Source: Rhynchobatus australiae
Taxonomy: Eukaryota
NCBI GenBank assembly: GCA_034780895.1
Contig: JAUZTB010000088.1
Span: forward strand, 336,274 to 400,273
Reading direction: 5' to 3'
DNA length: 64,000 nt
A program made the position numbers and the translations under genes. Numbering within the stretch: the first letter of the stretch is position 1; each line of letters begins with the position of its first letter. The notes beneath the pieces were generated by a model. It was given only the letters and a program-made list of their open reading frames with translations, was not told the origin of the DNA and searched no databases. This document shows positions 25,341 through 38,114 of the stretch, in pieces.

Positions 25341-25919
25341 GGTGGCTCACTCGTCGTCCACACGGAGTTATCGGCTACCTGACAAATGACGTGAGCGCAA
25401 CAGGAGCGGGGCTTAACCCGCTGCCAGCACATCAGTAGTACCTGTCAACACGCATCAGAGGGCTTGAATTCAGCTGCTGTCAGCGTTCATCATGGGCGGG
25501 CCTCACATGCTGTGAAAGACCATCAGGGCGTGGCTTAGCTAGCTGACACAAACAGCGACAGAAGCTACCAGCTGTCAACCCACATCATTGGAGGGTGTAC
25601 CAGCCCCTGCCACACTCCGGCCCTTGTGTCATTCTGCTTTGTCTGGAAAGAAAACCCTTGCTTTTACTTAGCACCTGAACCCGGAGAGGTGGGAGACAAG
25701 TGTTACCTGAGAAGAAGGCAGGTTGCACTGCCCCCGGAAGGGCGTATTGGGACTAGGAAGAGAAGCTGCAGAAAAGATTCACAACAATATGTGTTGAAGC
25801 CTTATAAACTCTGGTGTGAACGCCGCCGGACTACAGTGTATATTATGGTCGCCACTCTGCATTAAAGGATGTCTTTGAGCACGAGACGGCACAGAACAGA
25901 TTCACAAAGATGTTGGAGT

Positions 25920-27130
25920 CATTGATGTAGAGTCTTACAATGATAAAGCACGGAAACAATCCATTGGGCCCAGCTCGTCTGTGCCGACCAGGATGTCCAG
26001 TTGCGCTGATCCAATCTGCCTGCCTTTAACCCAAAGTTTCATAAGGACCTGTCAGGGATTCGGTGGTGTGAGCTGTCAGCATATAATGGGTGGCCATTTT
26101 TTTCACTGGAGCGAAGGAGGCCTTGGGGACAATTTACAGAGGAGAATAAAACCACGAAGGCCAAAGAAAGGGTTGATGGAAAGATATTTTCCCCTGGCGG
26201 TGGGGAGACTAGAACTAGAGCACAGCGGATTTTGGAAAGAAGGTAAGATTTAAGTGGGGTCTGAGATCCAAGGTTTCCACATGGAAGGTGGTTGGCGGTG
26301 GGTACGTGGAACGAGCTGCAAGAGGAACTGGTGGAAGAGGAGAAAATTACAACGTTCGAGGGACACGGACACGTAACTGGTTAGCGAAGGTTCAGAGGGA
26401 TAGGAGTCCAACGCAGGCAAGTGTCAGAGGTTGGCGCTTTGATCAGCATGCAGGAGTGAGACCGCAGGGCCTGTTCCCGTGCTTTATATCTCCATGAATC
26501 TCCGTAAACATTTCCTTCGTAAAAGTTGCTGTGGTGTCATTACCCACCACCGCCACCAGTGCATTCCAGCGATCAACCGCTCTTATTGAAAAAAAATATT
26601 TGCATGGCCAAGATCATGCACACTTTCCTCCCCAACCATAAAGCTCCGTCCTCCAGTGCTTGATATCTCCACCCTGGGGAAAGGGCACTGACTCTCTTGC
26701 ATTTCAATGTCTGTCATAATTTTATAATCTTCCATCAGTTGGCTCATCGATCTTCAAGTCTACATAGAAAACAATTAAAGTTTGTCCAGCCTCAGAATGA
26801 ATACTCTCGACTTCAGGCCACATCAGGTTAACTATTTTTGTACCCTCGCTGAAGTTTCCATATCCTTCCTGTAATCCGGCCACCAGGACCACAGAGAAGA
26901 CTCCATATGTGGTCTGACATAAGCTGGAACATCACCTTTCACCGTTGAAACTTAACACGCCAAACAATGGAGACACTTAGGCCGTGCGCCTTATTTGGCA
27001 CCCTGTGAACTTCTGTTGCGATTTCCGTGGAGTCATGGTCTTGCACCCTAAGATCTCTCTGTGAGTCAATGTTCCGTGGGCTCATGGAATTTACTGCATA
27101 CATTACATTTGTCTTCCGAAGTGCAACACC
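25920..27130. mobile_element. CR1 3' fragments in both orientations
   Basis: Has the tail gggcctgttcccgtgctttat (about 26470, +) and reverse-strand 3' ORF2/UTR sequence at 26520-27130. Confidence 0.7.
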
Positions 27131-28830
27131 TCATTCTTGTCCGGATTATTCTCGGTCTGCTATTTCTCAACGGATATTTACAACGAATCTATATCCTGAT
27201 GAATTATTTCAAAACCTTCCTGACTTTACATCACCCATTAAGTTTTTGCATTGCCTGCAATCATTAATGAGAGCACCTACGTTTTCGGAAAACATCACTG
27301 ATTGTCTTAGTCCCAACATCCTCATGTTGATACTATTGATCCAGACCCACACTGATCATAATGATGATGTCACTGCAAATGTAGCAACTTCACTAACACT
27401 CTGATAATGTTACTGCTGATTCACATCTGTCCCTCTTCACACTGATCGTGTCTCTGTGGATCCAAATGTATCATTGACCTCATTTTTCATATCACTGTTG
27501 ATACAAACCATCAGTGACCACACTTATAATATCTCCTTTAATTCAGGCGCTTCACTGACAACACTGATAATACGATTGCCTCTGCATGATCATCACCTGT
27601 GCACACTGTATACTGTAATCGGATTTAACCATCAAATATGTTAAAGCAATTCTTCTGCTTCAATGATTTCATCGTGTATTTTTTTTAATCCATCCCGTAA
27701 TTGGATATCAAATTTCTGGATTTGGCCACCACGAGAGACCTCGACACCTTTCCAAATGATTTACTGAATTCTATGCAGAAATATTCCACTGCCCTACCTT
27801 CATCAATCACCACTGTCACCCCATGAGAACACTCAATTAAGGTTCTAAGGTGTGAACTGTCCAGCAGAAAGCCATGCCGATTGTCTCTAATCGGTTCACG
27901 TTCTTTCACATGCATGAAAAGTACATCAGGTCCATCAGTAGCCTATAGGATGAGTAGCATCTAATCGCATCGTGCACCACCAGCCTCCTGTGGATATATA
28001 TTGACCACCAAACCCTTGTCTGGAAATTAGGTGAATTAAACACCAACAGGTACTAAATTTTCCTGAAGGTTCGCAGTTTTATCAGCAAAATAACATATAT
28101 CTCCGGCACATACATCACTTTCTTTGTTTGCCCCTCGTTATTTATTCATTTGTTTCAGTTTCCACGTGCAACAGACGTGCACACGATGAGAGGTAGAAGC
28201 ACTGATTGTGCTTGTCTCTGTCAATACTCTGAAATATGAGAGTGCGATGGGTTCTCGGAATCCATATCTGGTCAGCCCAGAAGGATTCGATCGGCAGTTA
28301 ATCCCAGCCCCATAAACAACCTTGTTGTTTAGTCTCTGGATTTGAGTTTTGATCTACCCACAGTCAAGTTTGAGACAGAACATTGAGCAAAGTACTGTAC
28401 AGTGAACAGAGATACAGCTGGGATTCAGTGGCTGGAACTAATATTCCTCCTCGGGAATCTAATGATCTTGTTTCTCCTCTATTTCAGGGCGATGCAGAAA
28501 ACAGCGTTATTCAGCCGTCCCTTTCTCCCGTCCAACGCCATCAGTTACATTTTCAGTGTTATATATTATTGTTTCAATAATATGGCTGAAGGAAGTTTGT
28601 AACATTTGTTGCCACTTTCGGTTGCAAAGAAAATAAATGGATCCACCATCTTTGGCAAGCAAAATATAGCATAAAGATATATTTAGTGCTCATTACAGAT
28701 GATATTAATTAGAGATACTGAAAATATATAGTTAACCCGTTCACTTAAGCATTTTCAATAATGTCAAATAAAAGGTTTATTATGTAATCAAGTATAATTG
28801 CGGCAATAGGAGTTAGAATTAAAATAGATC

Positions 28831-30497
28831 TTTCATGGTTCTGAGTTCTGGCCCTCAATTTAGCTCCTTTAATGCCTTATTGTACGACACATGGACTCCA
28901 TGCTGGACTGATTACATAACGGCACACACCTGAGCCCCATCAGGGCCGAGCATAAGTCCCTGGGTTTCTCTCGCACTGGCTGTTAGAGTAATGGTCTACC
29001 TTTGGGTATACTTTGGCTCCCAGCTGCTTAGAGTGGTCCAATCTAGAGCAGTCCTGTGTTCTCTATTCCTGTTTGAAGATCCAGTTCGTGTTGGGATTCC
29101 TCTTCAGATCTCTAAGGCAAGATTCTTTCCAGTTGATGCCTGTGTTTTGTCCTGAAGAAGTCCCCTGGCTCTTGTATCAGTGTGCCAAACTTGCGTTCTC
29201 TGTGAGCTTGTTCTTTGTTCAACATTGCGACAGAATACTCTGGCCAGCATGAACCCAGCAGACAGGAATCCCCTGTATAAAGCCCTCGCCAGCCAGGGCT
29301 CACTTCTGGGTCAGCATGACCAGGAGCTCCGAGGGGTTGTGGCAGACTTCGATATCCCTACTGCGACTGTTGGGCAGCTCAGTGAACAGGTCAGCAGAGT
29401 CTCTGCTCTCCTTGTCTCTGTCAATCCTGGAATCCTGCCTGACCAGCCTGGGCCATCAGTAGGAACACCAGTGTACCAGCCTGGGCCATCAGTATGAACA
29501 CCAGTGTACCAGCCTGGGCCATCAGTAGGAACACCAGTGTACCAGCCTGGGCCATCAGTAGGAACACCAGTGTACCAGCCTGGGCCATCAGTAGGAACAC
29601 TAGTATACCAGCCTGGGTAGAAGAAGGTTTGGCTCTCGGCTAGGGACATCTCCCAGTAAGATGAGCCCAAGCAACTAGCTGCTCGCTTCTTGGGACCTTT
29701 TAAAATTGAACGGATCGTTAAACCCACAACAGTTGCCTGAATTGCCTGAGACCATGAGGATACATCCCACATTCCACGTGTCTCAAGTGAAGCCGGTGAC
29801 CAGCAGTTCATTGTGCCCTCCAGCCAGGCCCCCTACGCCACCCCCCCCACCAGATTGTTGATGACTACCCAGCGTACACTGTCCGACGTTTACTAGATGT
29901 AGGCCGCCGGGGTAGGAGCCTGCAGTACTTGGTCGATTGGGAGGGATACAGTCAGGAGGAACGTTCCTGTGTTCCCCGCTCCTTCATTTTGGACGCCTCC
30001 CCAATTCGGGACTTCCATTGGAACCATCCAGACAAGCCCGGTGGGTCGCCACCAGGCTCCCGTTTGGGGGGGGGGTGTGGTGGGGTCGGGAGGGGCGTTT
30101 ACAGTCATGGTTCTGAGTTCTGGCCCTCAATTTGTCTTCATTAATGCCTTGTTGTCCAGCACAAGGATTCCATGCTGGACTGATTACACACCTGAGCCCC
30201 ATCAGGGGCCTAGCATAAGTACCTGTGTTCCTCTCGCACTAGTTTCCAGAGTATTGGTCTACCTTTGGGTATACTTTGGCTTCTAGCTGCTAGAGTGGTC
30301 TCCTCTAGAGCAGTCCTGTGTTCTCTACTCCTGTTTGAAGATCCAGTTCGTGTTGAGTTTCTTCTTCCGATCTCCGAGGCAAGGTTCCTTCCAGTTGCTG
30401 TCTGTTTTGTCATGAGGAAGTATCCTGACTTCAGTCTTGCATCAGTGTGCCGCATTTGGGTTCTCCGCGAGCTTGCTCTTTGATCAACATTGTGACA
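28831..30497 (+). mobile_element. Internally deleted Ty3/Gypsy chromovirus (Sushi/Tf2-like) LTR retrotransposon
   Basis: The LTRs (28831-29232 and 30103-30497) align with each other and both end ...GACA. The gag start reads MNPADRNPLYKALASQGSLLGQHDQEL (29249). The integrase end has KVWLS...[12 protein letters not shown] and a chromodomain [29 protein letters not shown]-rich PPT lies at about 30066-30095, and the near-TSD is AGATC/AAATC. Confidence 0.92.
29443..29617 (+). repeat. 33-bp tandem repeat, about 5.3 copies, at the gag/integrase deletion junction
   Basis: Unit ccagcctgggccatcagtaggaacaccagtgta (QPGPSVGTPVY), nearly identical between copies, with no spacers. Confidence 0.95.
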
Positions 30498-30589
30498 AAA
30501 TCATCACCAAATGGCGTGCTGTTAAATCATGATGGCCACAGACCAATATAACCTCTTGAGCCACGGAAATGAAAGTGTTGATCATGTAT

Positions 30590-32405
30590 GTACACAGCGC
30601 GGTAACAGGTTACTCGGCCCAATTCGTCGACGGCTACCAGACGTCTACCTCATCCGGTTCCATTTGCCTGTCTTTGGCATATGGCCCTCACAACCTTTCC
30701 TATCTATGTGTTTGTCTTCAGGCCTTTTAAACGTTTTAACTGCAGCCGTCTCTTCTGAAAGCTTTTTCCACATATTCACCAACTGATGTGTGAAAATATT
30801 GTCCCACAGGTCCACTTTAAATTTTCCCCTCTCTCCGTAACCTCTTCCCTCCAGTTTTGGACTTCCATATCCTGGAATAAAGACTGCGGTCTCAATCTTA
30901 TCCTCCCCCCCCTCCAATGTACCACTATAATATCGACGCTCAGTATCTGACGCTCCAGAAAAAAATCCCAACCAAACCAGACTGCCATTAAAACTTGTTC
31001 ACCTGACTGAGTAAAGAACTACTTATATCATGACCACAATAACCATCTCCCTTGCCTCCCACACTGTCCTGCGACAAATTCCATCAGGTTCTGCGACCTG
31101 TTTGATCTGATTTTTTTTTACAATACACCCAATATCTCCTTCTTCCGAACATCGACGTGACGTAGAAAATCAGCATTCCCTTCCCTGATCTCCCCAACAC
31201 CCATATCATCCTCCATTGTTACTCCTAAACGGCTGGTGAGATGTGCTTGTGCTACTGGGGAAGGTTTAAACTAGCCGAGCAGAGGTTGGTTCTGCAGGTG
31301 TGCCTGCTGCGAAAGTAGAGGTAAATGTAAAATGTGAAGCGAGCCATTCAAGCAGGCAGGCAGACGGGACAGGACAGGAAGTGATGCAGGCCTGATATGC
31401 TGACCTGCATTTATTTTAATACACGAAACCTGTCAGTTAACGCAGATGAACTTCGGCCTGGATAGGTACATGGGACTACAATGTTATAACACTTACAAGA
31501 ACATGGTTGTGGGGTAGGCAAGACTGAGAGCTGAATGCTCCCGGTACAGAATAAGACGAGGTAATAAAGGAGTGGGAGCTGCATTTTGTTTGGTACGTTA
31601 AACATGCAAGAGTACGTCAATGGAACAAGCTCATGGGCTCACGATGTTTGTGCCGAAAGCAGGATCCTTGCCCCTCGAATTTCTGCATATTTCTTTGCCA
31701 ATCTGAAAGCTTCTTAAAGGCCACATTGTATCAGCTTCCACCACTCCCTCTGGCAGGGCATTTCAGGCACCCACGACACTCTGGATAAAACCTTACAGCA
31801 CACATCTCTTTTGAACTGCTCCTGTCTCATCTGTAATGCATGACCTTTCTCATCTGACATTTCGACCGCAGGAATAATATTCCTACTGGCCACTCTGCAT
31901 ATACCTCTCATAGTTTTATACATTGCCATCAGTTCTCCCTCAACCTCCGACCTTCCAGAGAAAACAACCCATGTTTGTCCAAACTCTCCTGGGCAACAAC
32001 ATCTCATCCAAGCAAGCCTCCACATCTTTCCTGTAATGGGGAGACAATAACTGCACACAGCAGTCCAAGTGAGGCCAAACTAAGGTTTTGTGCAACTGCA
32101 GCATGACTTCCTGACTCTTGTAATTAATGCACTGAACGAAGAAGGCAAGCATTCTCTTTGGCTTCTATCTCCTTGCATTGTATCTTTCAGGGACGTTTGG
32201 ACTTGGACCCCAAGATCCCTCTGTACATCAATGCAAACGTTCCCCTTGCACTTATATCACAAACAGTAGAGTTCCCAGCACTTATCGCTGCAGAAAAGTG
32301 TTGGTCACAGAGCTCCAACCAGAATAACATCCTTCCACCACCACTTGAGCCCTCCATAGGGAAATCCAGTTCTGAATCTAAATTACTAATTCACCGAGGA
32401 TGTCT
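30590..32405. mobile_element. Mixed CR1 fragments (mostly minus strand)
   Basis: Contains MLAFF...YKSQEVMLQLHKTLV.PHLDCCVQL.SPHYRKD (31940-32152 -), a CR1 tail at 30590-30900 (-) and an EN start at about 31400 (+). Confidence 0.78.
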
Positions 32406-32407
32406 TC

Positions 32408-32765
32408 TCTCCTCTTCCTTCGAGTAGAAGATATAGGAGCCTATGGGCACATATCACAGATTTCAGGACAGCTTCTACCCCATTGTGATACGACTATTGA
32501 ACGGTTTCCTGATACAATGAGATGGACTATAACCTCATGATCTACATTGTTGTGACATTGCACCTTATTACACAGCACTTTCTCTGTCGCTGTGACACTT
32601 TACTCTGTACTGTTATTGTTTTTTTCCTGTACGACATCAATGCACTCTGTACTGCCTCAATGTAACTGCGCTGTGTAATGAATTGACCTGTACGAACGGT
32701 ATGAAAGAAAAGCTTTTCACTGTACTTCAGTACGCGAGAATAATAAACCAACACCAAAACCAATA
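32408..32765 (+). mobile_element. Rex1/Babar-type LINE 3' end
   Basis: Reads RRYRSL.AH..RFQDSFYP.VIRLLN, followed by a 3'UTR ending taataaaccaacaccaaaaccaat. Confidence 0.7.
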
Positions 32766-33289
32766 TTAATCTTCCTGATTACGCTACCATGAGGGATCTT
32801 CTCAAATGCCTTACCAATGTAAAGTTCTCGTTTCGTACTTCGCCGACCTCCTCTGACACCAAACACCAATTCAATCCTTTATCCTTTCGCGGTCCGACCT
32901 GTGATTTGCTTTTTCTCGTTAATGTTGTGGTAGATTGCTCTGTGCCTTTGGTATGTCTTGTTCCCTCCACATATTTCATAGACATTAATTTGTTCTGACA
33001 TTATTCCAAAGTGAACCTCTCCCAACAATGTCTCTTTTCTAGTTTTCAGTTCTCTGTGCTTGTCCCTGCTTTAATTTTCTTACGGTTGTCCAATCCCCCA
33101 TCTCCCGTGACATCCCACGGGTTTTTAACATGTCACGCCAATTGCAACATGTTGCCTCTAAACTTTCTAATTACTTCACTTCGGTTATTCTTCCCTGTCG
33201 GATGCCGCGCTGCCTGCAAGTACTTGCTCTCAGTCCACTTTATCTTACATCTGTCCTGTGATATTGAAATCGCCATTACCACAATGGGC

Positions 33290-36200
33290 ATATTGGAAAC
33301 GATTCGTGGGGGTGGAGCTTGAGTTACAAGCAGAGACTGGGTCAGGTGTTTTCTGCCTGCAACGAAGGAGGCCAAGGTGAGATTTTAAGGTGGAATTTGA
33401 AATCGTATCGGTCCAAGATAAGGTTGATGGTCACAGTATTTACCCAAAGATAGGGTAGAGAACAACTGGAGGGCACAGGTTATTAGGGAGAGGGGCAAGA
33501 TTTAAAGGATATCTTCGAGGAGGGATTCTCAGCCAACGTGGTGGATGGAACGAACGAGCTGTAAGAAGAAGTGGTTGAAGCGCGTACAATTACAACGTTC
33601 AAAGGACTCGGACATGTACGTGAAAATGAAAGCTTCAGAAGGATCCAAGTCCAGCGCAGGCAGATGGGGCAGGCAGGCACCTTGGTCGACATGAACGTCG
33701 GGCCGAAGTACCTGTTTCCGCCTGTGAAACTACGCTTCCCTAAACTCTTCTCGAACATTGACGTGGTGCCTGCTTCCCTTACGTCCCCGAGAGCGAGTCT
33801 GGCCCCAGCAACACTCTGCGTGAAATAATTGCATCGTTAATCTCACGAACGTTTTCCTCCTCAAACCCTGCAGATAGACACGCTTGTATTTGACATCTAC
33901 ACCATGGGTAAAGGGGTAATGAATCTACCCCTTCCAAGACCCCTCATAACTTCATGCGCTTCTGTCTGTTCGCTGCTCAGTACACGTTCGTCCAAAGTCA
34001 GACCAGCAGCTGCAGCAAACGGGCCCAGTCACGGAGAGAAAATGTGCAGAGAAGCAGCGGAACCTGAGCAACACGGCAGCAGGTGGAATTATTGAGAAGT
34101 CGAAATTCCATCACGTTTGTCCAATAATGAAAACAAGCAGGGGCTGGACACCGAGGACAGCAGGAATTATGGGAGAAGGTGTATTGATTCTCATGCAATA
34201 AGTGTAACAGGTACCATTGCTGAGCTCAGGAGACGAGATTAATGCAGGGAACTGCGATGTTACAGCCATTAAGATAAACTTGGTTGAGAGAAGGGCAGCA
34301 CAGGACCTCCGCGTTCCAGTATTGAGACGTTTTAGACCTTACTGTTATCCAATTGCCCAGTGTATCCAATCTCTCGCAGTACCTAAAGTCCTCCAATTCA
34401 GGCAACACCTCAGTGAGTCTGCTCTTCACTCTCTGCAGTGGAATCTCGCCTTCTTCTCCTATTACCACAACGTCCCCACGCCGATAATCCATGTCGCGAC
34501 CTCTGAAGGTGACCTTGCCATATGCCTTCATCACCATAATATCGACCTATTTTTTTCCCTTTCAGGGAACTATGGACTTGGAGCAATCGGTCTCTCGTTT
34601 CGTCAAGATGCTTTTTATGTCCCAGCTTCTAATGCATTTGTTTGTGGGATGAAATTCCACCTACAAACGCTCCGCTTAAGTTTCTCACGGATTGTGTCAT
34701 ATTGCCGGATAACCTTCTTACTATCCACAACATCAACAATGTTTCTGTCGTCCCCAACCTTTGTAGTCATTGGAAATCGGGTGATGATTGGACATGAGTG
34801 AGAGCGCCCGAAATGTTTCATGAATAACAGCATTCTTCAAGCTAGATGAAAAACATCAAACCCAATCCAAAAAAAAGAATCATTTTCATCAACTGAAACG
34901 ATTAGCGAGCAGAAAAATTGTGCTGTTTCCCAGGATTAAGATCATGCACAGATTTTATTCTATAATTTATTCCCAACACAGAATAAATCTGTTGTCTTTT
35001 TAAGTTTTGCTTTGTCAATTCTCGCTTCTTGTCCTGTGGCTCTTTAAATATAATGCAAGACCAATCTCCACTATCAAGTCCGTTGACCATTTCTGCTGCG
35101 GAAATAAATCTCGTCTTTACCTGTCCCTGCTGGAGAGAGATAACACACGATCCCCTCGCTGGAAAAGCTGACGGTGCGCAATTTCAAGATGTTGCATATT
35201 TCGCGATATTCTGTGATTCTGAATTCATGAATTGTTGGAGAAAGGTCATGCCGACGTCACATTGTTGTGGGGATGTTTCAGATTAGATGACTTTAAATGT
35301 TTAATTTGTGGTGAGACTGTTTTTTTTAAGTCATTGTTGGTGTAGTCTTGGAATGATCAGATTTGTATTGTTCAAGTCACTTCCTGGAACAGCAGATGTT
35401 ATGTTATCCTCAGATCTTTTGGGGTGACCTCTGTCCAATTCGCCCATGCCGGGACTGGAGGGCTTGAGTTATCGTGAGAGATTGGATAGGCTTGTACCGT
35501 TTTCTCCGGGGCGAAGGAGTCTGACGGGTTACCTGAAATACATTTGGGAAATCATGAAGATTACAGATCAGATGAAGTATCTCCTTTCCCCCTTCATTGT
35601 GAGCCTAAAATTAGAAGACGTGTGTTCAAAACGAGAAAGTGAATCTGTCGGGCAAGTTTTTCAAACTTGGTTGGTGTCCAGAACGAGCTTGCAGAGGAAG
35701 TGTTGGGGGGTGGTATAACAGTAACGTTTCAAAGACATTGGGACAGGTACATGAACAGGAAAGGTTTCGAAAGATATTGGGCCAAATACTTTAAAAAAAT
35801 GGGACGAGCTGAGCATGAAGACGCCTAGAATGAAGGGGTTCAAGCATGTGTAATAACATGAAAAGAAACATGGACATGTACATGGATGGGAAAGTTTTCT
35901 CGGCCCAATGGGCAAACGCGGACAAGTGGGACAATGTCAGATCGGCGTCGAGATCGGCATGGACTGGTTGGGCGGAAGGGACAGTTTGGTTGCTGCCCAT
36001 GACTCCATGGCTGAAAAGGATATGTTTAGTTCTGCAGAGCACAACAGCTGAGGTGGATCCAACAGTTGTGGTGACGATGGACTTTCAAAATGCTTTCAAT
36101 ATATCCCACATCAAACATAGGTGTACAAAATCGTAGAATATACGTTAGGATTGGCGTCAGTCACTGATGTGGGTAGTGGACTGGTCGGCGGACGGAAACA

Positions 36201-36610
36201 AGGAGGAAGAATGAAGCCGTCTTTTCTGAGTGGCAGGCGGTAACAGATGTACCGAACAGCCGACAGCGTTCCGCGCGGTATGTCAACGATTAAGAGAATC
36301 TGCAATACATCCGTCTTTGCAAGAGTTTCAGAGCTGATTCAGAGATCCAGCTTTGTTATTTTTGTCATTTGACCCGCTGGATCAACCTTCGTGTCGTTGA
36401 AAAACCATCCCTCAATTGCCAAGAGACAACATCTCCCGCGCTTCATTCACGAAACTGCTTTGTTCCCTCCTCTAAACACTCGATGAAATTAGTGAGAGAG
36501 CACTCCTTCCTCACAAAGCCATTCCAGCTATCTTCAATTAGTTCCTGCCTCGCCGAATGTAAATGTATCCTGTCCCCTAAAATTCCATTAAGTTACTACA
36601 CTGCCTCTGA
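33290..36610. mobile_element. Several short CR1 fragments interspersed with unique sequence
   Basis: Includes MPGLEGLSYRERLDRL..FS.GRRSL.G (35446 +), LPELEDFRYCERLDTLG (about 34400 -) and tails at 33700 and 35970. Confidence 0.7.
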
Positions 36611-36779
36611 CGTGTGCATTCGTCGGCGAACAGAATCTCATTTGAGAATTGGCAATATTGTCATGGAGCGACAGAATTTCTGCAGATCATGTCTGCGCCT
36701 TGGGGAGACACTCCCTGTCCAGGTGAACACGTCACAAAGTTGACTCCAACCCACTGGACACATGGTCAGTCGACAGAAA

Positions 36780-37180
36780 AGTTGGAATCTCTGTACATGG
36801 GGATGCTGGCTGGACAGAGGAAGTTTAACGACGTGACAGTGTTATATGTAATCAGACAAAACTCTCACCGGCCAATCCCAACCTCCGGTGTGATCTGTGT
36901 GAAGTCCGCACCTTCCCCCTGTGACAGCGGGTGTTTCCGCTGCGAGATCCGTACCTCTCCATCCACAAGTAAACGGTTTGCTCGGTTAATTGAAACATGT
37001 ACATTAACAATCGTATGTAAGTATCTTGTAGAAAGCGGAGTGGTGGAGAATTGAGCTCAGACGGGAATGTGGAGGAAATAAAATAAAAGGGTAAGTATAT
37101 TGTAAAAAAAAGTGTGGTTAGTGGTCGGCGTGGACCAAGTATGCCTAGCGGTCTTTTGCCGTCCTGTGTCTCTCTAAGAG
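36780..37180 (+). mobile_element. Degenerate V-SINE just downstream of the intact GPCR stop codon (antisense to it)
   Basis: Has a degenerate V-domain tctgtgtgaagtccgcaccttccccctgtgacagcgggtgtttcc and a CR1-like tail ggcgtggaccaagtatgcctagcgg. Confidence 0.55.
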
Positions 37181-37200
37181 CACACGTCCATGGGTGCAAT

Positions 37201-38114
37201 TCAGACATTTTGTATTTTTTTAATCAATCGAATAATTAAGGTGAGCGGATATTTCGCTGCGTTGAGGAACTGCTCTCTGAACTTGGACTGAGTCACCCCA
37301 TAAATAAATGTGTTCGTGCAGCAATTTACAGTGATCAACATCAAACCACACTGTTCCCATATGTACTCGTAAAAGTTATAGTTCTTGGTATCCACTCCGG
37401 CAAATGTGTAGTAAAGGAATTCGACAACTGTAACCGACGACAGGAGGATGAAGCTGCCGGAGATGGTGAAGAGTAAGATCACAGACCTCCTCCTGCTCTC
37501 CATCTCTGGGTCACTGCGGTTCTCCCCCTTGTTCTGACCCCTCAGCCCCTTACGGACACGGCTGGCCACTAAAATGTGTCTGACTGTCAGAGCGTTGAGC
37601 AACAGGATGAACACAAATGGGAGCAAAGGCGTTCGAACGGTATCCAGCCAATCATATCCCACCCATCCGGGATCCGTGTAGAGGCTCGTCTTCGAAATGC
37701 AGTCCCAGGGTACATTGTCGATCACCATCCTGGGTTGATATATAAAGAAAGAAGGGACATTGCTGAAACAGAACAGAACGCTGGTTGATATCAGAACCAC
37801 AACCGCAGTTTTCCCGGTGCAATATTTTGTTTTCAGCTTCTGGCAACAGATGGCGACAAACCGATCAAAGGTGAAAGTCACGGTGAACCAGACAGAACAG
37901 TCGATGGCTGCCAATCCCAGGACAGAGATAACACTGCACACGGGGGTGATGTCCAGGAAAGTCCCAGGGAAATAATAATAACTGATCCGCCACAGTATGA
38001 CGTCAGTGACGATGGTCAATAGATCCGCCATTGCCATGGCCACCAGGTAGCGGGTGGTGCAGGTGGAGAGGCCGCACTTTCCCCGGGACAGGATCACAAT
38101 CGCCATGGAATTCA
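37201..38114 (-). CDS. Exon 2 of the intact GPR139-like class A GPCR (copy F)
   Basis: A polypyrimidine tract and cccag acceptor precede 914 nt open to TGA. It has a 7TM pattern with AMAMADLL (TM2), C3.25 in PVCS, FTFDRFVAIC (DRF), LLPFVFILLLNALTVRHI (TM5) and NCCTNTFIY (TM7), resembling GPR139/GPR142. Confidence 0.93.

Noticed and set aside
29443-29617. CRISPR-like 33-bp repeats
   Set aside because: The units are head-to-tail with no unique spacers and no cas genes, and they lie inside a eukaryotic LTR element.
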